A model generated the notes under the pieces. It saw only the letters and a program-made list of their open reading frames with translations. It ran no database searches and was not told where the DNA came from. A DNA stretch of 64,000 bases. It comes from Zancudomyces culisetae HAW-14-8 (lineage: Eukaryota; Fungi; Kickxellomycota). Below, in pieces: positions 49,743 through 61,400 of the stretch (position 1 is its first letter; every line of letters starts with the position of its first letter). The position numbers and the translations under genes are program-made. Where the stretch lies: NCBI GenBank assembly GCA_052426225.1, contig JBNJNM010000008.1, forward strand, positions 372,001 to 436,000, written 5' to 3'.

Positions 49743-50138
49743 ATGAGTTCATGCGACAAGAAGGCCTGCTACAACAAAGATATTGGAGAGTGCAGAGATA
49801 CGCCCGGAGGTCGGTGTTCATGTGAGGCTGGAAATTGTGAATGCTGCTGCAAGAAGGGACAAGGTTGTTCAGCCACCTCTGAAGGAAAATGTTGTTGTGA
49901 ATCTGAAAAGTGCAACTGTGCTGAAAATAAGGGGGTCAGTGTCTCTTGTAGGTGTTCAGTAGGTAAAAAGTGTATCTGCAAGGAGGATGAGTGCAAGTGC
50001 GAAGGAAAAAGTATATGTCAGTGCAGAGATGGTAAAGTTTGTACATGTGGGCGCCCATGTAAGTGTGAACAAGCAACCTGTGAATGCAAGGAGAGTAAAG
50101 GCGAGAAATGCCACTGTGAATCTGGATGTAAATGTTAA
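49743..50138 (+). CDS. Long metallothionein-like protein (131 aa, 33 Cys)
   Basis: CxC and CCC motifs throughout, K/E/G/S-rich, one aromatic residue, no signal peptide. TATAAA at about 49589. Confidence 0.8.
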   Translation: MSSCDKKACYNKDIGECRDTPGGRCSCEAGNCECCCKKGQGCSATSEGKCCCESEKCNCAENKGVSVSCRCSVGKKCICKEDECKCEGKSICQCRDGKVCTCGRPCKCEQATCECKESKGEKCHCESGCKC

Positions 50139-51792
50139 AAAGCGATAGAGTAGCCATGTTGTGTGTCGCACAATACATGTTTTTAGTTGATGTGTTTACT
50201 ACTTTTACTTTGACATCATTGAAAGATTCATACTTTTTTCTAACTGGTGAGAATAACAGACGGTTATAAATAAAACCAAGACCATTTTACTCTGAGCTCT
50301 TGATATTTTTTTGTTTATTTTTTATTAGCATCCTTTTTTTTACTACAATTTGAGTAGTATTTTTGTTTTGAAGTTATTCTATTCTCCAGGGGTACTTAAA
50401 TGCTTAAATGATATATCCAATGTGTTGTGAAATATGTCAGTGTTAAATCGGGACGATTTTGATTCATTAAGAATAGCTGATCTCAAGAATAGTTTGTTAA
50501 ATGATAATAGTAGGAAATACTAAAATCAATAAACTCAGGTTGAATAATATTTTCATTCAGCATTTACATGTGTATATATCCCATTCAATCCGGTTTATAA
50601 ACAACATGATCAATGTGTTTTCAGTAAGTTATAATAACAAAGCCCACTCCATCATTATTAACGCAGTTCGAATAAATAAACAGCTGTTTGATTTACATTT
50701 GAATACGATGTAGGCTCTCATGGTCACTCTAATTCAATGAAAATAATTTACCAAGTCAAGTTAATGGTCTTGGATTGGCTCAGAGCAGAAATAATCCCAC
50801 TGGATTAACACTTGGTGAGCATGGAGTTCATAGTAGAGATAGAAAGAAATTGGGTAGGCAGATATTATTTAGGGGATTTTTGTAGTTTTATGTAGTATCT
50901 GTTTATAAATTGAACGAGAAAAAAAGGAAGCAATTTAGTATCTATGGAAACAAGAATACAAAAAACTCTTGTAAATACAGGATTAACAAATATTACATGT
51001 ACCAGAATCGGACTGTCATAAACACCATAACACTAGCTATCCTCTTGAATACCCTTCAATACTAGACTGAAACAAGCGTCGATCAAATGTGTGGCACATA
51101 TCATACCACCTGACTGGTATGTACTCTTGAAAAATAAAGCCAAAGGCTGAAAAAAACAGCTCATCTTTCTTTCTATGCATTAGCGTTTTTTACAACTACC
51201 AGTACTGACAAGTTTTAAGATTACCAGTGCACTTATTCAGTAGATCTATCCGTTTTTGGATGATTTTTACTTGCTCTGAGATACGGGTATTATATGGTTT
51301 TGAGCTTTGGTGTTTCTCAAAACATATTTTTCTCACCACTTCGTATATATTATTGGCCAGATGTTTGTTTGGCCAACAGATATTTACAGTAATCTACGTA
51401 TATTACAAATAATCTGCAAAGATGGGTATTTTATAATCTACGAACTCTGCTAGAAATTGAGATTTGATTGCTCGAAATTACAAAAAAAAATACGCGTCCA
51501 GTATGCCTGATTGCATGAAACAAAGATGGTAAACATGATTTAGCAATTCCAGCAAATAATCTGATTTTCATCTATACTAATGGTTTCATAAAGTTTTGTT
51601 CTTTTCTGACTCTAATCAGTTGTAAGATCTAGATGGATTTCATTTGTGATTATGTAGGAAATACTATATAAGCCGAACAAATCTGTGTGTTTCAATTTGA
51701 ATTCCACGTTATTCCGTATTAAAACATCTAATTATACTTGTTCATAATTGGTTTTAACAAAAGACAAATACAAGGCTAGATATATAATAATA

Positions 51793-52890
51793 ATGAAATT
51801 AAACAATAAAATTTTCCGTAAACATGTTGTTACAACATTATCACTTGGAGGTATTGCTGTTGCACATGCCGCCTCAGTTGATAATGTAGGTTTGGATGCA
51901 CTCATGCCGCAAAACGGATCAGGCGATCTTAACTATGCGAAAATACTAAATGGGGAATCAGCAAAGAGAGAGGATTTTCCATATATTCAAGTCGTGAGTG
52001 CGTTCGTAGGAGATGCTCCTAGAATGTGTCATGCTTCATTAATATCTGATAAAATAGTAATAACTGCAGCTAGCTGTTTCTCAGACAAGAACGGTGAGCT
52101 CACAAAATATGTTAACGCTACAGGAGTTTTTATCGGAACAGGAGCATCAAGTTTTAGTCCCATGGCTTACATTATAACGCGTGGAGTGCATATTCATCCT
52201 GATTTTTCACCTGTGACATTAGAAAATGACATAGCAGCTATCGAGTTAAACACTACAATACCAAAAATATTTGCCACACCAGTAGCGATTTACAGTGGAA
52301 GTGTAACGGATGATATGAATTTAGTTACAGCAGGTTGGGATCTCACTTCGACTGGACTATCGGATTTACCAGATAAAAAACTAAACAGAATTGCACAGTC
52401 GCCTTCTTCTTCAAGTGTTTGTAAAGACGCCAATGCCAACTGGTCAGATAATAACAAAAATGTTGTTTGTACACTAGTAAACAATGATAAAGGTTTGGCA
52501 AATGGTGATAGTGGAAGCCCCTTGACATACGTGAATAACAAAGTTAATTTGCTTGTTGGTATCGCGAGTAATACAGGTAGATCTGGGAGTGGTGCAATCA
52601 TTCTTCCGGAAGATGCTAAAACGAACTATTATACTCATGTATACAGCTACATTGACTGGATTGTAAAAGTTACAGGAATTGAGAAATCGTATCTACTGGA
52701 TACAACTGCACGACCCTCACCTGACTATTCAAAAATTAATGATACAAACACAGATACAGATACAAACACAGATACCGATAAAAACACTGGTGGGAATCAT
52801 AGTAGTTCCACTTCCGCCTCAACTATTTTGCAGAGTACTGGGTTTACACTAGTGATGCTATTATCTTCAATGTTAGTTTTACTATTTTAG
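51793..52890 (+). CDS. Trypsin-like (S1) homologue lacking the catalytic His, probable GPI anchor
   Basis: Signal peptide, K-ILNG, TAASC instead of TAAHC, NDIAA, GDSGSP, a DT-rich spacer and a hydrophobic C-terminal tail. Confidence 0.82.
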   Translation: MKLNNKIFRKHVVTTLSLGGIAVAHAASVDNVGLDALMPQNGSGDLNYAKILNGESAKREDFPYIQVVSAFVGDAPRMCHASLISDKIVITAASCFSDKNGELTKYVNATGVFIGTGASSFSPMAYIITRGVHIHPDFSPVTLENDIAAIELNTTIPKIFATPVAIYSGSVTDDMNLVTAGWDLTSTGLSDLPDKKLNRIAQSPSSSSVCKDANANWSDNNKNVVCTLVNNDKGLANGDSGSPLTYVNNKVNLLVGIASNTGRSGSGAIILPEDAKTNYYTHVYSYIDWIVKVTGIEKSYLLDTTARPSPDYSKINDTNTDTDTNTDTDKNTGGNHSSSTSASTILQSTGFTLVMLLSSMLVLLF

Positions 52891-53702
52891 AGTTGTTAAT
52901 GACTTTTTTGATCTATGTGTTGATGTTTAATTAACTTTTCACTACAAATAAGTATAAAAATGTAATTGATATATCCGACCGATTGGTGATATGTTTGTAA
53001 TCTATGTGTTAATAGCAGCTGGAAAACAAATTAATTTTCACCATTAATAGAATACTTTGTATCTCACTATGATGAAACACATTCAACAGAAATAGGGTAG
53101 GAAAATGATGGCTAGAATGGATGACAGTTAATAATGACCAAAATCTCAGTTTTACAAATTAAAAAAACATTCAAGTGGCTATACTTTTGGTTTGAATAAT
53201 ACACGCGGTACATGTCATTCGATCCACCACTTTCTTTCTTTAAATAAAATATATTTTTTCTGAACTAATGCTAGGTGGTTATGGAGTTCTTAGAGGAACA
53301 GAGTAGAATTAATACTTTTGCAGTTTTACGAAATGTTCATTATTAAATTAATAATTCAAAAAAATAATGGCTGAATACCAACGTAGTAAAGGCTCATTAA
53401 AAATAATAGTACTATAAATCCTGTTATAAAAGTTGAAGTTTAATAATATTGTTTTACATCTCAGTAATTTTCTTTTATATTAACTAAAAAAATATTCAGA
53501 GCAAGTTTTTTTGTCGAACTGTCAATCTAGTGAACCACGAGTTATTAAAATATACCAAACATAAAAAAACCCTAGTTCAAGGCCACTGAGCATGTAGCAT
53601 TGATCAGTACTAAAAACACAAGAGTTTTCTTTATGATTTCTCTTTATAAATAACGTTATTGTATGATGGTGGTGCCTGTAAGCAGTATTCGTTGTGTGAG
53701 TT

Positions 53703-54158
53703 CATAATAATATGTTTAGTTGAATGAAATGAAAACTTATTATTATTATGCGAACATCCAGATACAATTATGTGTGTACCAATCTTTATTATAAATCGAA
53801 AATTCTTTCCTAGATACTATTTTTATCGATTAATCCATTACCTTAAAATTTGGTAAAAAATTAAATCGATAAAAAGAGTGTTTAAATTTAGAAACTTTAT
53901 ACGTAATGATGTGTGTAATGACAGACATCACTGTATAATTTTTATAAAATAAGTAAAACTAACTAAATAAAATAAATTTAAACCATATATAAACTGATGT
54001 CCCCTGTTTCCTGATGAATCTTTACCATCGTTGAGCTAGGTATGGGTGGGAATTGGGTGAGACATAATTGTATCTGGATGTTCGCATAATAATAATAAGT
54101 TTTCATTTCATTCAACTAAACATATTATTATGCTTCACTTATCCAGATACAATTATGT
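53703..54158. repeat. DIRS right terminus and internal complementary region (ICR)
   Basis: 53703-53773 is the exact reverse complement of 54062-54132 (71 bp). ATCCAGATACAATTATGT occurs at 53756-53773 and 54141-54158. Confidence 0.88.
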
Positions 54159-55292
54159 AGCTTCAGAGTTCAAGATAAATTGAGTTAAATTTTCACGAGT
54201 TCTACGTGATAATTGATAATAAGTATCAAATATACCTTTACTTGCCCAAAATCCTTGTGCAATAAATCGTCGTATGTCGCACCTAGCTTTGTAGCTCTAG
54301 TAGATCCTAATGCTCGAGCTTTTGGTAACTTTGCGCTTTCTGGCAACTGCAAGAGTGACATCAATGAATTAATATGTTTACTGATTCGTTGTGCCCCAAT
54401 GTGTTTGTCGTTATACTTTAAGTTGCGGATAAGGTAGTGCAATTGTACTCCATCGAGGATCGGATGGTTTGCAACACTCGGAAAAGTTGCAATGCGTTTT
54501 TTATATGCTCTGTATGTTACTACAGGACATAATTTATAGTCGCTATGTGCGTGGATTATACTGACCTTTTCAATCGGATTTCCACTTCGCTTTTCTTTTG
54601 GTCCAACAATAACAAATTTAACATAATCTTTATTGATTTCCGTCTTTGAATCATCGATTCGTTCAATGTCAGAAGGTCTCAAAAATCCACAAATTGCTAG
54701 CAACCAACAAAATTTAATTGTTAAATTTTGCTTGCTCATTTTAAAATTTGAACCAAAATTTTTAATATGTTCGATAATCGGATTAATATCGTAGTTAGGG
54801 TTGTTAAAAGATCGAACTGAAGTTGAATCGAGCTGTTTTAAATAATCAATCATCAAAATATCGCTGCTAAATGTTCGCCATTCAGCATTAATATCGATGA
54901 TAGCAGACTTGTAGTTTTTTATAGTACCAACTTTTAAATTGTTACTAATACGATGTTCATCAAGGAAATTGATAACATCAACAACTGAAACGTTATTAAT
55001 ATCAAGTTTTGCAGACTCTAACCACTTAATAAACTTTACCTTGATGTTGTAATATTGTTTTTGTTTTGCCATATTTCGTTTACCAGTTGTCATTAACATG
55101 ATAACTGAATCTTTTAAACCCGTTTTTTCAAGGCGTGCGCGCTTAATTTCCAGGCCGTAAGCGACCATGTTTTGTTTATCTGTGTCACTTGCTTTCCGCT
55201 TTTTGGATCCGGAATTATATGTGGAGCTAATATCTTGATCGGTGGAGCTATTAGCATGCTCTTGAGATCTGGATACCATGGTGCTGACCTCC
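54153..55292 (-). pseudogene. DIRS tyrosine recombinase, 1-nt frameshift near 54265
   Basis: FLRPSDI, GPKEKR, LCPV and KARALGST are in frame. The expected tail IAQGFWASKGIFDTYYQL lies in the adjacent frame and ends at TAA 54153-54155. Confidence 0.85.
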
Positions 55293-57651
55293 AAAACTGT
55301 TAGGAATTGTTTTAAAATAAATTAAATAAATTCATGTTTATTATAATTCTCCATGACCAAATCAAGTAGGTTACAAAATGAAATTGTAACCATATACAAA
55401 TTACTATAATGTAACTAAGTACAAATTAATTAAATGTAACTAAGTACAAATTAATTAAATGTAACTAAGTACAAATTAATTAAATGTAACTAAGTACAAA
55501 TTATTAAATTAATCTAACCAAGTCAAGTAAAAAATGAATTTCGCGATGAAATTTGTTATAATAATATTCACAGACCATTTTAGGAAATAAGAAACCTAGA
55601 AAGAATTCCGAAACTAATAATTCAAAGAATCGTCAGAATAACATGAATGACGCAATCATTGACACACTAAACTCACGGTAGTTAATCACATCAGTTACTC
55701 ATAAGTTTAATAGTCAAATTTATAGTTTGATAGCAACTTTACTTAAGAAAATTTTATATGGAAAAATCTCTGGAGTAAAAGTATAAAAACCCTTTCGAAA
55801 TCCATCGAAAGAGAACTTCAGAGAAAAATATCTTATTCACTATTGAATACCATATTTTTCTAAATAATTAATAGTAATAAATAATTTAATCTTAAAATAT
55901 TCAAGTCTTAACAAAAACGGTGTTATCAATGTCGCTGATACTTTGTCCTGTCTGATCTTCTGTAGTGTTTTCTGTATCAGATTCCATGGTGGACAAAGGT
56001 ATGGATTCGTCCAAATGCTCCAATGATGATTGAATGCATTCGTTTTTGCTGCTTCTGGTGTCCATTTCCAACTCACAAATGTTGGTAGTTTGTGGTTGTT
56101 GTTGTTGGCAAACATGTCCACATCGTGTGGACCAAACTGTTTCTGTATCTTCTGAAACATCTTGTCTGATAGTGACCACTCTGTTTGAGCTGTTAAACGT
56201 GATGGTGCATCCGCTGGATTCAGTATTGATGGCACATACTGAATCTGAACCCGAGTGCCATTGCTGATGCAATGTTTCCAAATTGCTTCCGAAATGTCCA
56301 TCAGATTCACTGATTTGGTTCCCCCATGCTTCTTGATGTAGCTGATTGAAGTGTTGTTGTCGCAATATACAACAACACTCTTTCCCTGAACCTGCGGCAG
56401 CTTCACTGCATACTGGATTGCTAATAATTTCTTCGCATTGATAGGGAGCTTCATCTGTTGTCGTGTCCATGTCCCCGTATACTGTTTGCTGTCTATCACT
56501 ATCCCCCAGTGATTGTCGCTCGCATCCGTATATACTTCTATCTCTGGGATCTCCGGAAGGAGGCATAGACCATTCCATTGCTTCAGATGGTCCCCCCACC
56601 ACGTCAGATTCTCCAGTGCGGGCTGATTCTGTGTTACTTGTGAACTCCAATCCGTGGTGCGTTTCAGAGTGTTGTTTTTGATCTCTAACAACCTCCTGCT
56701 CATCAGTCGTCCTGGTCTGAGTGCTATATTCACTGCCTGCGTTTTGCCAATGAATGATGCCAGATCCTTCAGTGTTGTACACCCTTTGTGTATCAACCTG
56801 GATGCCTCTCTCGCTAAATCTTTGAGTTTCTGTTTGGGTATCTTGAAACTCATCTGACGGCTGTTGATGTCCATCCCAAGATGCGTAATACATTGTTTGG
56901 GATGTATTGATGACTTTTCCTGGTTGATCAGGAATCCCAGTTTCACCAGTTTCTTGGAAACCATATTTGTGAACTTTAGACACTCTGTTTTTGTTGATCC
57001 TAAGATTAACAAATCGTCTAAGTAGCTCGACATTCGTATCCCGCGAGCTCTGGCCCATTTCAGTACTGGTTTTAGTATTTTTGTGAATACTAGTGGGCTT
57101 AAAGATAGACCAAATGGGAGCACCCTGTACTGGTAGGTGCGACCGCCCCATGTAAACCTGAGATACTTTCTGGACGTTTTGTTGATCAATACGTGTAGAA
57201 ATGCATCGCTGAGGTCTATGCTGGTCATATAATCCCCTTTGCGGATCATTCTGGAGATAGTTGTGAGCGACTCCATCTTGAAATGTCGCTGTGGGATGTA
57301 CTGATTTAACGGTCTTAAATTCAGTACCATCCGCGTGCCTCCGTTCTTCTTTGGGATTGTAAACGGATTTGAGTAGAACCCTGGCTGCGCGGATAAAGCT
57401 TCCTCTATTGCTTTCTTTGACAGGAGGTTTGCTATCTCCTGTTCGACCACTTTTTCTGGAAGCTTTTTCAAGTTGTAACCTAACGGTTTTTTCTGCTTGA
57501 CCGTCGGTGGATGCGTTTTGAAGGGGATTGTGAACCCTTCTGAGATCACTTGGAGTATCCATTTGTGATCTGTGAGGCGCATCCAAGCCTCCTGGAACAT
57601 CCTCAGTCTCCCTCCTACTTTCGGTGTTTGCTGCTGTTTGCAAACCGAAAA
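55114..57651 (-). pseudogene. DIRS pol: RT, RNase H and Dam-like methyltransferase, split by a solo LTR
   Basis: VGGRL, DLSDAFLH, LPFGL, YLDD, YTDAS, DN, NPADAPSR, DMFA and CPPW motifs. ITPF|WRSAPWYPDL is rejoined across 55298-55913. Confidence 0.9.
55298..55913. mobile_element. Solo LTR (616 bp) of an unrelated LTR retrotransposon
   Basis: TGTTA...TAACA termini with 5-bp TSD AAAAC (55293-55297 and 55914-55918). Removal restores two reading frames. Internal 25-bp tandem repeat of about 4 copies at about 55408-55508. Confidence 0.88.
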
Positions 57652-57989
57652 TTACCGCCAGTAGCAGCGGATTTGTGTTGTCGTTGTTGTTGGATCTGCT
57701 GCGGCTCTGCTTGAACATTCTGGTTAACTGATGGCTGAAACGGAATGCTTGGGAAGGTCCTGGTTGCGTTGAATCTTGGTCTTCTCTGCTGCACATTTTT
57801 TGTTGCACGCTGCAATGTATTTGCAGCTGCTTTAACTTCGAGCATCTGCTGTATGTCCACGAGTGGCTTCCTTGATGTTGAAACCATTTCTGGAGGATCT
57901 GATGGTACTCCTGAGGCTTTGTATGACAGTTTGATTCTTTGTTGCGTGATATTGGATGCAACATCCGCAAGTAAAACTCTGATTGAGTT

Positions 57990-58401
57990 TGTCAAGATCT
58001 GGAGTCTGGAAAGTTATATTTATTATTATTAAAGTTTATTGTATGAATGTATACAAGATACTAGATACTGAATCCAAGACAGGAAAATTGTACCCTTTTT
58101 ATACTTTTTTCCAGCCTTGGTTTTTGAACAAAATCACTATGAAAATTGCGGAATAGCTAAAAATGCAAGTTAAAGAAAAACGTGTTTGATTACTAATCAA
58201 ATTGGATTAGTAATCAAACAAAAATCAAACTCGAATGCTAATAAAATTAAACATGTGAAAATTATTACGTAAGAAAAATTAATAAATAATGTGAATTTTC
58301 GGTAATGTTCTAGAATGTTTCCCAACATTCTAAACATTACTGCGGAATAAAATCAGATGATTCTAGAACGTTTTCGAACATTCTAGAATCAGTTCATGAC
58401 A
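57990..58401 (-). repeat. 3' LTR (412 bp)
   Basis: Direct repeat of 63291-63702; one substitution seen (58146 T vs 63447 C). Confidence 0.96.
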
Positions 58402-58413
58402 CGACCTCCCCTC

Positions 58414-61400
58414 TTAAGGCTGAGCTCCGTGAAGCATTTGTGGTGGCTTTGGTTTTTCAGGATGGTGACGATGGAATTCAGTGACAAGATATTTTGCATT
58501 TGCTAAGTCAGAATATGTTTGCCAGGTACGTTCAGTGTCTGGGTATCCTTTCCAGTGTACCAGGTATTTGACAGTTCTACCAAATATTTTACTATCTAGG
58601 ATTTTCTCAACTTCATATTCTTCTTGACCGTCAATAATCACAGGTGGAAGCGGTTTTGATGGTCTGTCTGGGATCAGATCTGGTTTACAAGGTTCAAGGA
58701 GATTGACGTGGAATACTGGGTGAATCTTCATTGTGTGTGGTAGCTGAAGTTTGTATGATCTTTGTCCAATCTTTTCCAATACTTTGAATGGACCAAGTTT
58801 CCGATAGTCAAGCTTCTTGCTTGGTCTTTGAGTCCTGATGTTTTTAGTTGAGAGATAGACAAGATCATCAATGTTGAAGTCAGGTTGTGATGATACTTTT
58901 CGGTTGTAGTATTTCTCATGGTCTTCAAGGGCAAGGGAGATGTTAAATTTCAGTTCTTGATGGATATCATATAGTAGTTTGGATCTATCAGAGGAAGCAG
59001 GATTTAAAACTTGAGTACGAGGAATTGTGACTGAGAAGCGTGGATGGAAGCCATAGTTTGCGTAGAAAGGTGTGGTCTTAGTAGAAGCATGAGATGTGTT
59101 GTTGTAGGCGAATTCGGCAATTGGTAACCACTTTGACCAATCAGTTTGTTGGTAATCAATGTAGCACCTGAGATACTGTTCCAATACTGAGTTTACGCGT
59201 TCAGTTTGTCCATCTGTCTGAGGATGGAATGCGGTGGACATTTTCTGTTCAATATTCAGTGATTTCATTAGAGTACGCATGAATGATGAATTGAAGGTCA
59301 CACCTCTATCAGATACGATGTCTTTAGGGAGCCCATGTTTGCAGAAGACATGTTGGATAAACAGATCTGCAGTACCTTCAGCATCAATTTCATTGGTTGT
59401 GGGAACAAAATGCGCCATCTTGGTAAGGCGATCCACAAATACACAGATTGCAGTAAAGTTATTGGATGGAGGTAGCTGAGTGATGAAGTCGACAGAAACA
59501 GATGACCAAGGTGAATCAGGAACGGGAAGTGGAGCGAGGTAGCCATATGGTTTATGGCGAGAGGATTTGTTGCGTTGACAGGTATCGCAACCAGAGATGT
59601 AGTCTTTGATATATTTTCTCATGGTTGGCCAGTAAAAGTTGCGAGATACAAGTTCGTATGTCTTTGCATTTCCAAAGTGGCCGGCAGCAGGGGAATCATG
59701 GCATTCAATCAGAATTGTTCTTTTGATGTTGTCGTCTGAGGGGATACAGATTAGTCCATCATAGTGCAGAAGATTGTCAACAAGAGCGAACTTTTCATGG
59801 GAATCAGGTTTCTTGGATAAGTCAGTGTAAATGGGTCCAAAGTACGTGTCTTTGGGTTGTAGTGACTTGATGTTGTTCATGAGCGTGGATGACAAAGGTT
59901 CAACAGGTGTACTAGTCATGGACTTCAAGAAGATTTCAGGAGGCAGCAAAGTTATTTTGTTTTGGTCAGTACGGGAGTCACCCCCCTTCCAAGGTTGGTC
60001 TTTCCGAGAAAGAGCATCGGCGGCAGTGTTCTGTTTTCCAGGGCGGTACTTGATGACAAAGTTGAAGTTACTGAGGTATTCTGACCATCTGACTTGGCGG
60101 CGACTAAGATTTCTGGTAGTGGAGAAGTATTCCAAGTTTTTATGGTCGGTCATAACAACGGTTGGGTGTACAGAAAATTCAAGGTAGTGACGCCAGTGAG
60201 CAAAAGCGTCGATAATTGCTAACAGTTCCTTATCATAGATTTGATAATTCACTTCAGCAGGCAGGAGTTTCCGGGAGTAGTATGCAACAGGGTGGAGTTG
60301 TCCCTCGTTGTCATACTGGCTGCAAATGGCACCTAATGCAAAATCTGATGCATCGGTTTCGATGATACAAGGCTGGTCAGGATTGTAGTGAGCTAAGACT
60401 GGGTTACTGATCATGGTTTCTTTTAGCAAGGCGAAAGCTTCTTCAGCTTTGGGTGTCCACTGGAATTGGACACCTTTTTTCAACAAGGCGGTGAGCGGCA
60501 GAGATATCTTGGAGTAGTTCAGAATAAAACGGCGGTAGAAGTTTGTAAGGCCAAGGAATACCTGAACGTCACGGACACAAGTTGGTGTCTTCCATTCGGT
60601 GACGCTGGATACTTTTGTTGGATCCATGGATATCCCGTTCGAGCCAATTACAAAACCGAGGAACTGTACTGATTGTACATCAAACTCACATTTCTCTAGC
60701 TTGAGGGTGAGATTGTGTTCCTGAAGCTTCTTCAAGACAAGGCAGACGTGGTCATAGTGCTTATCGATATCATATGAGTAGATTAACAGATCATCGATGT
60801 ACACAACAAGGAATTGATCAATGTATTCACGGAAGAGATCGTTAACAAAGGACTGGAACGTGGCTGGAGCATTCATAAGGCCAAACGGCATGACCTTATA
60901 CTCGAAGTGGCCGTAGCGTGTACGAAACGCGGTCTTCCATTCTTCACCAGGCGTGATCCTGATCATGTGGTATGCGGATTTCATATCCAGCTTGGTGAAT
61001 ATCTTGGCTTTGCCAAGCCGATCCAAGGTTTCAGAGATGAGTGGCAAGGCTGCACGGTTGGGGATAGTGATCTTATTCAGGGCTCTATAGTCGACGCACA
61101 ACCGGAGACTACCATCTTTCTTTTTTACAAATAGGACGGGAGCCCCAGCCGGGGATTCAGAGCGTTGGATAAAACCATTGGCTAGGTTTTCCTGAATGTA
61201 GTCGTACAGGGTCTTTAGTTCCAATTGGGAGAGGTTGTACAATGGGCCATATGGTATCTTTGAGTCAGGAAGCAAAGGAATGGTATGATCATATGGACGA
61301 TGTTCAGGCAGTTTGGCAGATTGGGATTCAGAGAAGACAGATTCAAACATTTTATACTTTTCAGGGATTTCAGGAGTAACAGGGGTTTCAGGATTAGATT

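Noticed and set aside
55408-55508. CRISPR-like repeats
   Set aside because: These are head-to-tail 25-mers without spacers, inside a eukaryotic LTR.
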